A stretch of 64,000 nucleotides of DNA from Eledone cirrhosa (GCA_964016885.1 OZ024744.1:9114001-9178000); one strand, 5' to 3'. Shown: positions 11,082-26,100, counted from the stretch's first letter. Notes: generated by a model from the sequence alone, not told the origin. Numbers and translations: made by a program.

Positions 11082-11189
11082 TATGAAAATAGGGAGAAAA
11101 AGACGATTATTATTCCTATTATTTTTTTCTCTTTTTTCTGGGTTAGAAAATGTTTAATAATAATCGTCTTTTTCTCCCTATTTTCATAT
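11081..11189. repeat. 34-bp perfect inverted repeat with 41-bp spacer, between microsatellites
   Basis: atatgaaaatagggagaaaaagacgattattatt (11081-11114) and its exact reverse complement at 11156-11189. Confidence 0.93.
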
Positions 11190-11380
11190 ATATATATATT
11201 TCAACTTGTGTGCTCCTTCTCCATATTTTATAATTATGATATATATATACATATATATATATATCTAAACTATAATAAAGTAAGGAGCACGGGACTGTTT
11301 ATGGTTTACAATTATTTTATCCCGTTAGTAAAATAAGTTGGATTACTTTGAATAAATAATGAATGAATATTACATAACTT

Positions 11381-11741
11381 ATCTACTAAATTTCGTGGCT
11401 GTTGATTAAATATATTTTGTTTATTTAAAGATTCACTTCTTTAAAATGTATGAAATATCAACACTTTTGGTGGCTCTCGTTTAAATAAACATACTAATTT
11501 TCTGTCACTAATTTTCTCCTAATGCAGTTTATATATAATATCGTCTTTTTTAATGTATCATGGATTACGTTACTTATTACATAAAACAGTGTAACGCAGT
11601 CTTCGTTCAATTTCTACGTATATTGTCAATTACGATTTTATTTGATGTAACATATCTACATGTATATATACTTGCGTATAATATCAATATACACACCACA
11701 CATGCTAGCAGAAAACCAACCGTGGGATGGTTTTCTGCTAG
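11381..11741 (+). mobile_element. Probable non-autonomous Helitron relic, plus strand
   Basis: 11381-11465 resembles the reverse complement of about 13030-13105 in the neighbouring Helitron (ttatttaaagattcacttctttaaaat vs ttatttaaatattcacttctttaaaat). It ends in an imperfect hairpin followed by CTAG|T at 11738-11742, the canonical Helitron 3' end. Confidence 0.55.
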
Positions 11742-12154
11742 TAGATATAAATATATATATATGGGATAACAAATTATCGTTATAGGTAATCCAGTTATAG
11801 GTAATTCGCTTTATCATAACTTCCAATTTATTAATTTATTAATTTAACCCAAACATATATGTAAATATTTAGGTATACCGGCATTTTATCTTTTCAGGAA
11901 TCCCCCCAACACTCCAGTGCAAAGATACCGCACGCCCTCTCAAGTCGGCGAGGTGGGCAGGCGGGGCGAGTTAACGTGCTCTGATGTTGGGTTTGTATAG
12001 TTTTTACGATTCCCCAGTTCAGCAGCCAGTACGTTAAAGAAAATTGATAGTTACAACAATAAAGGCTAAACAGAGAACACATTTTTTAACAAACAATAAT
12101 TTCTATAATTTGTACAACCATAATGGAAATTCCAAGTAACAGAAAATATTCAAG

Positions 12155-12280
12155 TTACATTGTTAGAACCTCAGAGTATACAATATTTTTTGTCCGGCCC
12201 TCTGGAGCAAAGATGTAGAGATTGTTTGGCGTACTCATCCTAGAACATCCTACATACAATTGACCATGGGAAAAGCATTG
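12155..12280 (-). pseudogene. Helitron PIF1-like helicase C-terminal fragment (motif VI), absent from the ORF track
   Basis: Manual translation QCFSHGQLYVGCSRMSTPNNLYIFAPEGRTKNIVYSEVLTM*, matching the FSHGQLYVAxSR...TKNIVY terminus of Helitron helicases. Confidence 0.92.
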
Positions 12281-12750
12281 ATCTCGTAGCTCGTCTCGCG
12301 GAGAAGCCCTGTAGACGTTGACCTCTGGACACTCCAGTCAGGAGCAGGTAAGCTGTAGTGACTTAGAGGCCTACCACCAATCTCCAGGACACTGTTTTCA
12401 AGGCAATTGAGCGCCTCATTGAAAACGACATCGTATATTACGTTTGGATTGTGTCTATGTGTGCGGTGGAGGATGTCCTCAGATAGTCTTTCACGGTAGT
12501 TGTTCCACAGTGCGAGAGGGTCGGCGAGATCGCAGTTGTGCAGCATAATAGCAAAAACGTTTACGCAGCTGAGAAGGGACTTTAGCAGTTGCTGCTTCTT
12601 TCAGGGTGAGGTGCCAATGGCTGTCATCGTGTAACATACCACGCATCTGGCAAGCCAAACGGTAAGTGGAACATTGATGGCCATTGATGGTTCTCAGATC
12701 TTGGAAAGACTGTGGTCCTCTAACCTCGAACAATAACAATGACGATAAGC
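12281..12750 (-). pseudogene. Helitron RepHel fragment (region between Rep and helicase), one frameshift near 12555
   Basis: LLLFEVRGPQSFQDLRTINGHQCSTYRLACQMRGMLHDDSHWHLTLKEAA...PSQLR, then HNCDLADPLALWNNYRERLSEDI...FNEAL...LSHYSLPAP...LLRETSY, a typical RepHel segment. Confidence 0.92.
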
Positions 12751-13230
12751 CGTCTGTTTTTCGTGAAATAAATAGGTTTTTGTTTTTGTTTATGCAAAAA
12801 TATCTGTACACGAATATATATATTAAAATAACAGATTAAAGTTTAAGCAAAGAATCGGTGCTTTCACCTTTAACGGGATCTTCTGAACTAAAAAAAATCC
12901 GTCTGTGAACGCAGAAGTAAATATTTCGAACAACGTTATCTCATGCAGACAGTCAGACATACAGACTAAGAAAAAGAGGGGAATATTGTGCGACGTCATA
13001 AGAAAAAGTGAGGAAGGACGTAAAACCGGAGGTGTTGACATTTGAAATTTTAAAGAAGTGAATATTTAAATAATGTCTTTAATCTTTTAACAAAAATTCA
13101 GTAGACAAAAATACCCTCACTTTTTTATTTGGAAAAAGTTACATCTATGGTGCAAATGTGGTGCTGTTTCGTCCAGCCGTTTGGCGGAAAGTGTGTTAGC
13201 TATATACGGCTATCAGCTTTATAGTATAGA

Positions 13231-13340
13231 TTATTTATTTATTATTTTTTCTTTATCTTTTTTCTTTTTTCTCTTTTCTTTTTGCTTCTTTATTTTTCTC
13301 TCTCTCTCTCTTTTTCTTTTTTTCTTTTTCTTTCTCTATT
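13231..13340. repeat. T/CT-rich low-complexity tract
   Basis: Directly visible polypyrimidine tract next to the Helitron 5' end. Confidence 0.85.
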
Positions 13341-13559
13341 ACTGATGTTGTGATTTGAATTTTCCTAGTACATTACAAACGCCGTGTATAATTTTAATCA
13401 GTTTTTCTGATGATTTGGTTAAGCATACATTGTATTTAAAATTGAATGACATAACTTCAAGTAATTAGCAATTTTTAGACAACTTGATCAATGAAACAAT
13501 TGTTAATACTGTAAATAAAACCCCTTTTTGTACTGTTGACCATGTTATTCTTCACTCTT

Positions 13560-13563
<4 letters not shown>

Positions 13564-13631
<68 letters not shown>
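13564..13631. repeat. (TA)n(TG)n microsatellite
   Basis: Directly visible. Confidence 0.96.
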
Positions 13632-13633
<2 letters not shown>

Positions 13634-13805
13634 AAAAATATGGGTGAGAAGAATACTGCTGGTTGCACATGGATAACATGTTATAAAATGAGTCCCTCAT
13701 CAGTGATTTACCAAACGATCATGGGTATTTCATCGCATTAAAAATCATATACCTCACGTTGGAGCGATAATAACTAAAATAAGTTATTAGGACAATAGAA
13801 ACGCG
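13632..13805. repeat. Dispersed microsatellite-anchored repeat, copy 2 (not palindromic; may extend to about 14080)
   Basis: Diverged direct copy of 10417-10594. Confidence 0.85.
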
Positions 13806-14140
13806 TAAAGCGAGTGAGACAAGTAAACAATACAGGGGGAAGCTAACCGAAGATGGAAATAAACACAAGCAACATAGTTATTCTTTCAGCATAAGCTGTG
13901 TGAATATATGAGCAAGTCAGAAACAGACCTATCGCTAGTGAATCCGGTGTTAGAAAGAATGAAAACCGTTTTCCCAGCGAACGGTAGGAAGAAAGAAGGG
14001 GAGAAACAGGGACTGAGTGAGTGGGAGTGCGAGGAAGAGGTCAGTAGAGAGAAAGAGTTAACTGGCATGGCAGAGGGGAAATATATATATCTATATATGT
14101 CACTCTGTCAAGAGGACCAAATTTCAAACCCAACATCTGT

Positions 14141-17100
14141 AATGTCTACAACAACAACAACAGCGGCACCAATGTCTACAACAACAACAACAGCGGCACC
14201 AATGTCTACAACAACAACAACAACAGCGGCACCAATATCTACAACAACAACAACAGCGGCACCAATATCTACAACGACAACAACAGCGGCACCAATGTCT
14301 ACAACAACAACAACAGCGGCACCAATGTCTACAACAACAACAACAACAGCGGCACCAATGTCTACAACAACAACAACAACAGCGGCACCAATGTCTACAA
14401 CAACAACAACAGCGGCACCAATGTCTACAACAACAACAACAACAGCGGCACCAAAGTCTACAGCAACAACAACACCGGCACCAATGTCTACAACAACAAC
14501 AACAGCGGCACCAATGTCTACAACAACAACAACACCGGCGCCAATGTCTACAACAACAACAACAGCGGCACCAATGTCTACAACAACAACAACAACACCG
14601 GCACCAATGTCTACAACAACAACAACAGCGGCACCAATGTCTACAACAACAACAACAACACCGGCACCAATGTCTACAACAACAACAACAGCGGCACCAA
14701 TGTCTACAACAACAACAACAGCGGCACCGATGTCTACAACAACAGCACCGGCACCAATGTCTACAACAACAACAACAGCGGCAGCAACGTCTACAACAAG
14801 AACAGCGGCACCAATGTCTACAACAACAACAACAACAGGGGCACCAATTTCTACAACAACAACAACAACAGCGGCACCAATGTCTATAACAACAACAACA
14901 CCGGCATCAATGTCTACAACAACAACAACAACGGCACCAATGTCTACAACAACAACAACAACAGCGGCACCAATGTCTAAAACGACAACAGCGGCACCAA
15001 TGTCTACAACAACAACAACAGCGGCACCAATGTCTACAACAACAACAACAGCGGCACCAACGTCTACAACAACAACAACACCGGCACCAATGTCTACAAC
15101 AACAACAACAGCGGCACCAATGTCTACAACAACAACAACAACTCCGGCACCAATGTCTACAACAACAACAACAACACCGGCACCAATGTCTACAACAACA
15201 ACAACAGCGGCACCAATGTCTACAACAACAACAACAACACCGACACCAATGTCTACAACAACAACAACAACACCGACACCAATGTCTACAACAACAACAA
15301 CAGCGGCACCAATGTCTACAACAACAACAACACCGGCACCTATGTCTACAACAAAAACAACAGCGGCACCAATGTCTACAACAACAACAACAACAACAAC
15401 AGCGGCACCAATGTCTACAACAACAACAACACCGGCACCTATGTCTACAACAACAACAACAGCGGCACCAATGTCTACAACAACAACAACAACAGCGGCA
15501 CCAACGTCTACAACAACAACAACAACAGCGGCACCAATATCTACAACAACAACAACAGCGGCACCAATGTCTACAACAACAACAACACCGGCACCAATGT
15601 CTACAACAACAACAACAGCGGCACCAATGTCTACAACAACAACAACAGCGGCACCAATGTCTACAACAACAACAACAGCGGCACCGATGTATACAACAAC
15701 AACAACAGCGGCACCAATGTCTACAACAACAACAACAACGGCGGCACCAATATCTACAACAACAACAACAACAGCGGCACCAATGTCTACAACAACAACA
15801 ACACCGGCACCAATGTCTACAACAACAACAACAACGGCGGCACCAATATCTACAACAACAACAACAACAGCGGCACCAATGTCTACAACAACAACAACAG
15901 CGGCACCAATGTCTACAACAACAACAACAGCGGCACCAATGTCTACAACAACAACAGTGGCACCAATGTCTACAACAACAACAACAACAGCGGCACCAAT
16001 GTCTACAACAACAACAACAGCGGCACCAATGTCTACAACAACAACAACACCGGCACCAATGTCTACAACAACAACAACAGCGGCACCAATGTCTACAACA
16101 ACAACAACAGCGGCACCAATGTCTACAACAACAACAACAGCGGCACCGATGTATACAACAACAACAACAGCGGCACCAATGTCTACAACAACAACAACAA
16201 CGGCGGCACCAATATCTACAACAACAACAACAACAGCGGCACCAATGTCTACAACAACAACAACACCGGCACCAATGTCTACAACAACAACAACAACGGC
16301 GGCACCAATAATTACAACAACAACAACAACAGCGGCACCAATGTCTACAACAACAACAACAGCGGCACCAATGTCTACAACAACAACAACAGCGGCACCA
16401 ATGTCTACAACAACAACAGTGGCACCAATGTCTACAACAAAAACAACAACAGCGGCACCAATGTCTACAACAACAACAACAGCGGCACCAATGTCTACAA
16501 CAACAACAGTGGCACCAATGTCTACAACAACAACAACAACAGCGGCACCAATGTCTACAACAACAACAACAACAGCGGCACCAATGTCTACAACAACAAC
16601 AACAACAGCGGCACCAATGTCTACAACAACAACAACACCGGCACCAATGTCTACAACAACAACAACAACAGTGGCACCAATGTCTACAACAACAACAACA
16701 ACAGCGGCACCAATGTCTACAACAACAACAACACCGGCACCAATGTCTACAACAACAACAACAGCGGCACCAATGTCTACAACAACAACAACAGCGGCAC
16801 CAATGTCTACGACAACTACAACAGCGGCACCAATGTCTACAACAACAACAACAACAGCGGCACCAACGTCTACAACAACAACAACAACAGCGGCACCAAT
16901 ATCTACAACAACAACAACAGCGGCACCAATGTCTACAACAACTACAACAGCGGCACCAATGTCTACAACAACAACATCAGCGGCACCAATGTCTACAACA
17001 ACAACAACACCGGCACCAATGTCTACAACAACAACAACAGCGGCACCAATGTCTACAACAACAACAGCGGCACCAATGTCTACAACAACAACAACAGCGG

Positions 17101-20100
17101 CACCAATGTCTACAACAACAACAACAGTGGCACCAATGTCTACAACAACAACAACAGCGGCACCAATGTCTACAACAACAACAACAGCGGCACCAATGTC
17201 TACAACAACAACAACAACAGCGGCACCAATTTCTACAACAACAACAACAGCGGCACCAATGTCTACAACAACAACAACAGCGGCACCAATGTCTACAACA
17301 ACAACAACACCGGCACCAATGTCTACAACAACAACAACACCGGCACCAATGTCTACAACAACAACAACAGCGGCACCAATGTCTACAACAACAACAACAG
17401 CGGCACCAATGTCTACAACAACAACAGCGGCACCAATGTCTACAACAACAACAACAACAGCGGCACCAATGTCTACAACAACAACAACAACTCCGGCACC
17501 AATATCTACAACAACAACAGCGGCACCAATGTCTACAACAACAACAACAACAACAGCGGCACCAATGTCTACAACAACAACAACACCGGCACCAATGTCT
17601 ACAACAACAACAACAGCGGCACCAATGTCTACAACAACAGCAACAACAGCGGCACCAATGTCTACAACAACAACAACAGTGGCACCAATGTCTACAACAA
17701 CAACAACAACACCGGCACCAATGTCTACAACAACAACAACAACAGCGGCACCAATGTCTACAACAACAACAACAGTGGCACCAATGTCTACAACAACAGC
17801 AACAACAGCGGCACCAATGTCTACAACAACAACAACAGCGGCATCAATGTCTACAACAACAGCAACAACAGCGGCACCAATGTCTACAACAACAACAACA
17901 GCGGCACCAATGTCTACAGCAACAACAACAACAGCGGCACCAATGTCTACAACAACAACAACAACACCGGCACCAATGTCTACAACAACAACAACAGCGG
18001 CACCAATGTCTACAACAACAACAACAACACCGGCACCAATGTCTACAACAACAACAACAGCGGCACCAATGTCTACAACAACAACAACAGCGGCACCAAT
18101 GTCTACAACAACAACAACAGCGGCACCAATGTCTACAACAACAACAACACCGGCACCAATGTCTACAACAACAGCAACAACAGCGGCACCAATGTCTACA
18201 ACAACAACAACAGCGGCACCAATGTCTACAACAACAACAACAACACCGGCACCAATGTCTACAACAACAACAACACCGGCACCAATGTCTACAACAACAA
18301 CAACAGTGGCACCAATGTCTACAACAACAGCAACAACAGCGGCACCAATGTCTACAACAACAACAACAGCGGCACCAATGTCTACAACAACAACAACAAC
18401 AGCGGCACCAATGTCTACAACAACAACAACAACACCGGCACCAATGTCTACAACAACAACAACAGCGGCACCAATGTCTACAACAACAACAACACCGGCA
18501 CCAATGTCTACAACAACAGCAACAACAGCGGCACCAATGTCTACAACAACAACAACAGCGGCACCAATGTCTACAACAACAACAACAGCGGCACCAATGT
18601 CTACAACAACAACAACACCGGCACCAATGTCTACAACAACAGCAACAACAGCGGCACCAATGTCTACAACAACAACAACAGCGGCACCAATGTCTACAAC
18701 AACAACAACACCGGCACCAATGTCTACAACAACAATATCACCGGCACCAATGTCTACAACAACAACAACAGCGGCACGAATGTCTACAACAACAACAACA
18801 GCGGCACCAATGTCTACAACAACAACAACAGCGGCACCAATGTCTACAACAACAACAACAGCGGCACCAATGTCTACAACAACAACAACAGCAACAACAG
18901 CGGCACCAATGTCTACAACAACAACACGGGCACCAATGTCTACAACAACAACAACAGCGGCACCAATGTCTACAACAACAACAACAACACCGGCACCAAT
19001 ATCTACAACAACAACAACACCGGCACCAATGTCTACAACAACAACAACAGCGGCACCAATGTCTACAACAACAACAACAGCGGCACCAATGTCTACAACA
19101 ACAACAGCGGCACCAATGTCTACAACAACAACAGCGGCACCAATGTCTACAACAACAACAACAGCGGCACCAATGTCTACAACAACAACAACAGCGGCAC
19201 CAATGTCTACAACAACAACAACAGCAACAACAGCGGCACCAATGTCTAAAACCACAACAACAGCGGCACCAATGTCTACAACAACAACAACAACAGCGGC
19301 ACCAATGTCTACAACAACAACAACAACAGCGGCACCAATGTCTACAACAACAACAACACCGGCACCAATGTCTAAAACAACAACAACAGCGGCACCAATG
19401 TCTACAACAACAACAACAGCGGCACAAATGTCTACAACAACAACAACAACAGCGGCACCAATGTCTACAACAACAACAACAGCGGCACCAATGTCTACAA
19501 AAACAACAACAGCGGCACCAATGTCTACAACAACAACGACACCGTCACCAATGTCTACAACAACAACAACACCAGCACCAATGTCTACAACAACAACAAC
19601 AGCGGCACCAATGTCTACAACAACAACAACACCGGCACCAATGTCTAATACAACAACAGCGGCACCAATGTCTACAAAAACAACAACAGCGGCACCAATG
19701 TCTACAAAAACAACAACAGCGGCACCAATGTCTACAAAAACAACAACAGCGGCACCAATGTCTACAACAACAACAACACCGGCACCAATGTCTACAACAA
19801 CAACAACACCGGCACCAATGTCTAATACAACAACAACAGCGGCACCAATGTCTACAACAACAACAACAGCGGCACCAATGTCTACAACAACAACAACAAC
19901 AACAGTGTCACCAATGTCTACAACAACAACAACACCGTCACCAATGTCTACAAAAACAACAACAGCGGCACCAATGTCTACAACAACAACGACACCGTCA
20001 CCAATGTCTACAACAACAACAACACCAGCACCAATGTCTACAACAACAACAACAACAGCGGCACCAATGTCTACAACAACAACAACAGCGTCACCAATGT

Positions 20101-23100
20101 CTACAACAACAACAACACCGTCACCAATGTCTACAAAAACAACAACAGCGGCACCAATGTCTACAACAACAACAACACCGTCACCAATGTCTACAACAAC
20201 AACAACACCGGCACCAATGTCTACAACAACAACAACAGCGGCACCAATGTCTACAACAACAACAGCAGCGGCACCAATGTCTACAACAACAACAACAACA
20301 TCGGCACCAATGTCTACAACAACAACAGCAGCGGCACCAATGTCTACAACAACAACAACACCGGCACCAATCTCTACAACAACAACAACAGCGGCACCAA
20401 TGTCTACAACAACAACAACACCGGCACCAATGTCTACAACAACAACAACAGCGGCACCAATGTCTACAACAACAACAACACCGGCACCAATGTCTACAAC
20501 AACAACAACAACAGCGGCACCAATGTCTACAACAACAACAACAACAGCGGCACCAATGTCTACAACAACAACAACAACAGCGGCACCAATGTCTACAACA
20601 ACAACAACAACACCGGCACCAATGTCTACAACAACAACAACAACAGCGGCACCAATGTCTACAACAACAACAACACCGGCACCAATGTCTACAACAACAA
20701 CAACAACAGCGGCACCAATGTCTACAACAACAACAACATCGGCACGAATGTCTACAACAACAACAACACCGGCACCAATGTCTACAACAACAACAACAAC
20801 AGCGGCACCAATGTCTACAACAACAACAACATCGGCACGAATGTCTACAACAACAACAACACCGGCACCAATGTCTACAACAACAACAACAGCGGCACCA
20901 ATGTCTACAACAACAACAACAACAGCGGCACCAATGTCTACAACAACAACAACAGCGGCACCAATGTCTACAACAACAACAACAGCGGCACCAATGTCTA
21001 CAACAACAACGACAGCGGCACCAATGTCTACAACAACAACAACAACACCGGCACCAATGTCTACAACAACAACAACATCGGCACGAATGTCTACAACAAC
21101 AACAACACCGGCACCAATGTCTACAACAACAACAACAGCGGCACCAATGTCTACAACAACAACAACAACACCGGCACCAATGTCTACAACAACAACAGCG
21201 GCAAAAATGTCTACAACAACAACAACACCGGCACCAATGTCTACAACAACAACAACAGCGGCACCAATGTCTACAACAACAACAACAGTGGCACCAATGT
21301 CTACAACAACAACAAAAACAACGGCACCAATGTCTACAACAACAACAACACCGGCACCAATGTCTACAACAACAACAACAGCGGCACCAATGTCTACAAC
21401 AACAACAACAGTGGCACCAATGTCTACAACAACAACAACAACAGCGGCACCAATGGCTACAACAACAACAACAGCGGCACCAATGTCTACAACAACAACA
21501 ACAGCGGCACCAATGTCTACAACAACAACAACAACACCGGCATCAATGTCTACAACAACAACAACACCGGCACCAACGTCTACAACAACAACAACAGGGG
21601 CACCAATGTCTACAACAACAACAACACCGGCACCAATGTCTACAACAACAACAACAGCGGCACCAATGTCTACAACAACAACAACAGGGGCACCAATGTC
21701 TACAACAACAACAACAGCGGCACCAGTGTCTACAACAACAACAGCGGCACCAATGTCTACAACAACAACAACAACACCGGCACCAATATCTACAACAACA
21801 ACAACAGCGGCACCAGTGTCTACAACAACAACAACAGCGGCACCAACGTCTACAACAACAAGAACAGCGGCACCAACGTCTACAACAACAACAACAACAG
21901 GGGCACCAATGTCTACAACAACAACAACAGCGGCACCAATGTCTACAACAACAACAACAACAGCGGCACCAACGTCTACAACAACAACATCAGCGGCACC
22001 AATGTCTACAACAACAACAACAGCGGCACCAATGTCTACAACAACAACAACAGCGGCACCAATGTCTACAACAACAACAACAGTGGCACCAATGTCTACA
22101 ACAACAACAACAGCGGCACCAATGTCTACAACAACAAAAACAGCGGCACCAATGTCTACAACAACAACAACAACAGCGGCACCAATGTCTACAACAACAA
22201 CAACAACACCGGCACCAATATCTACAACAACAACAACACCGGCACCAATGTCTACAACAACAACAACAGCGGCACCAATGTCTACAACAATAACAGCGGC
22301 ACCAATGTCTACAACAACAACAACATCGGCACGAATGTCTACAACAACAACAACACCGGCACCAATGTCTACAACAACAACAACAGCGGCACCAATGTCT
22401 ACAACAACAACAACAACACCGGCACCAATGTCTACAACAACAACAGCGGCAAAAATGTCTACAACAACAACAACACCGGCACCAATGTCTACAACAACAA
22501 CAACAGTGGCACCAATGTCTACAACAACAACAACAACAACGGCACCAATGTCTACAACAACAACAACACCGGCACCAATGTCTACAACAACAACAACAGC
22601 GGCACCAATGTCTACAACAACAACAACAGTGGCACCAATGTCTACAACAACAACAACAACAGCGGCACCAATGTCTACAACAACAACAACAACAGTGGCA
22701 CCAATGTCTACAACAACAACAACAACACCGGCACCAATGTCTACAACAACAACAACAGCGGCACCAGTGTCTACAACAACAACAACAGCGGCACCAATGT
22801 CTACAACAACAACAACAACAGTGGCACCAATGTCTACAACAACAACAACAACAGCGGCACCAATGTCTACAACAACAACAACAGTGGCACCAATGTCTAC
22901 AACAACAACAACAACAGCGGCACCAATGTCTACAACAACAACAACAACAGTGGCACCAATGTCTACAACAACAACAACAACACCGGCACCAATGTCTACA
23001 ACAACAACAACAGCGGCACCAATGTCTACAACAACAACAACAGCGGCACCAATGTCTACAACAACAACAACAACAGCGGCACCAATGTCTACAACAACAA

Positions 23101-26100
23101 CAACAGCGGCACCAATGTCTACAACAACAACAACACCGGCACCAATGTCTACAACAACAACAACAGCGGCACCAATGTCTACAACAACAACAGCGGCACC
23201 AATGTCTACAACAACAACAACAGCGGCACCAATGTCTACAACAACAACAGCGGCACCCATGTCTACAACAACAACAACACCGGCACCAATGTCTACAACA
23301 ACAACAACAGCGGCACCAATGTCAACAACAACAACAGCGGCACCAATGTCTACAACAACAACAACAGCGGCACCAATGTCTACAACAACAACAACAGCGG
23401 CACCAATGTCTACAACAACAACAACAACACCGGCACCAATATCTACAACAACAACAACACCGGCACCAATGTCTACAACAACAACAACAACAGCGGCACC
23501 AATGTCTACAACAACAACAACAACAACAACAGCGGCACCAATGTCTACAACAACAACAACACCGGCACCAATGTCTACAACAACAACAACAGCGGCACCA
23601 GTGTCTACAACAACAACAACAGCGGCACCAATGTCTACAACAACAACAACAACAGTGGCACCAATGTCTACAACAACAACAACAACAGCGGCACCAATGT
23701 CTACAACAACAACAACAGTGGCACCAATGTCTACAACAACAACAACAACAGCGGCACCAATGTCTACAACAACAACAACAACAGTGGCACCAATGTCTAC
23801 AACAACAACAACAACACCGGCATCAACGTCTACAACAACAACATCAGCGGCACCAATGTCTACAACAACAACAACAGCGGCACCAATGTCTACATAAACA
23901 ACAACAGCGGCACCAATGTCTACAACAACAACAACAGCGGCACCAATGTCTACAACAACAACAACAGTGGCAACAATGTCTACAACAACAACAACAGCGG
24001 CACCAATGTCTACAACAACAACAACAGCGGCACCAATGTCTACAACAACAACAACAACAGCGGCACCAATGTCTACAACAACAACAACACCGGCACCAAT
24101 GTCTACAACAACAACAACAGCGGCACCAATGTCTACAACAACAACAACACCGGCACCAATGTCTACAACAACAACAACAACAGCGGCACCAATGTCTACA
24201 ACAACAACAACGACAGCGGCACCAATATCTACAACAACAACAACAACACCGGCACCAATGTCTACAACAACAACAACACCGGCACCAACGTCTACAACAA
24301 CAACAACAGTGGCACCAATGTCTACAACAACAACAACACCGGCACCAATGTCTACAACAACAACAACAGCGGCACCAATGTCTACAACAACAACAACACC
24401 GGCACCAATGTCTACAACAACAACAACAGGGGCACCAATGTCTACAACAACAACAACACCGGCGCCAATGTCTACAACAACAACAACAACAGCGGCACCA
24501 ATGTCTACAACAACAACAACACCGGCACCAATGTCTACAACAACAACAACAACTCCGGCACCAATGTCTACAACAACAACAGCGGCACCAATGTCTACAA
24601 CAACAACAACAACAGCGACACCAATGTCTACAACAACAACAACATCGGCACCAATGTCTACAACAACAACAACAGCGGCACCAATGTCTACAACAACAAC
24701 AACACCGGCACCAATGTCTACAACAACAACAGCGGCACCAATGTCTACAACAACAGCAACAACAGCGGCATCAATGTCTACAACAACAACAACAGCGGCA
24801 CCAATGTCTACAACAACAACAACAGCGGCACCAATGTCTACAACAACAACAGCGGCACCAATGTCTACAACAACAACAAAAGCGGCACCAATGTCTACAA
24901 CAACAACAACACCGGCACCAATGTCTACAACAACAACAGCGGCACCAATGTCTACAACAACAACAACAACACCGGCACCAATGTCTACAACAACAACAAC
25001 AACAGCGGCACCAATGTCTACAACAACAACAACAACAGCGGCACCAATGTCTACAACAACAACAACAACACCGGCACCAATGTCTACAACAACAACAAAA
25101 GCGGCACCAATGTCTACAACAACAACAACAGTGGCACCAATGTCTACAACAACAACAGCGGCAAAAATGTCTACAACAACAACAACACCGGCACCAATGT
25201 CTACAACAACAACAACAGCGGCACCAATGTCTACAACAACAACAACAACACCGGCATCAATGTCTACAACAACAACAACACCGGCACCAACGTCTACAAC
25301 AACAACAACAGGGGCACCAATGTCTACAACAACAATAACACCGGCACCAATGTCTACAACAACAACAACAGCGGCACCAATGTCTACAACAACAACAACA
25401 GGGGCACCAATGTCTACAACAACAACAACAGCGGCACCAGTGTCTACAACAACAACAGCGGCACCAATGTCTACAACAACAACAACAACACCGGCACCAA
25501 TATCTACAACAACAACAACAGCGGCACCAGTGTCTACAACAACAACAACAGGGGCACCAACGTCTACAACAACAACAACAGGGGCACCAATGTCTACAAC
25601 AACAACAACAGCGGCACCAATGTCTACAACAACAACAACAGCGGCACCAATGTCTACAACAACAACAACAGCGGCACCAATGTCTACAACAACAAAAACA
25701 GCGGCACCAATGTCTACAACAACAACAACAGCGGCACCAATGTCTACAACAACAACAACAACAGCGGCACCAATGTCTACAACAACAACAACAGCGGCAC
25801 CAATGTCTACAACAACAACAACAACAGCGGCACCAATGTCTACAACAACAACAACAGCGGCACCAATGTCTACAACAACAACAACAACAGCGGCACCAAT
25901 GTCTACAACAACAACAACAACACCGGCACCAATATCTACAACAACAACAACACCGGCACCAATGTCTACAACAACAACAACAGCGGCACCAATGTCTACA
26001 ACAACAACAACAACACCGGCACCAATATCTACAACAACAACAACAACAGCGGCACCAATGTCTACAACAACAACAACAACAACAACAGCGGCACCAATGT

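Larger units (their letters stand above)
12155..13230 (-). mobile_element. Internally deleted Helitron; 5' end at 13230, 3' end uncertain (between about 11705 and 12000)
   Basis: The minus strand starts A|TCTATACTATAAAGCTG...ccaaacggctggacg, matching the Helitron 5'-TC after a host A, and it contains RepHel fragments. Confidence 0.85.

Noticed and set aside
9666-11769. YIYI/CVCV and other small ORFs (also 13484-13741)
   Set aside because: Translations of microsatellite and AT-rich low-complexity DNA.
13632-13820. Hammerhead ribozyme or Penelope-type signature in the dispersed repeat
   Set aside because: CTGANGA is conserved on the minus strand of both copies, GAAACGCGTA occurs on the plus strand at about 13798, and a small hairpin (taataact...agttatta) covaries. 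The core pieces are on opposite strands and I could not assemble a hammerhead fold. An Infernal/RNAMotif search would settle it.
13886-13980. ILSNTGFTSDRSVSDLLIY on the minus strand, faintly like the QxGFRxxRS motif of CR1/L2 reverse transcriptases
   Set aside because: Too short and degenerate to support without a profile search.
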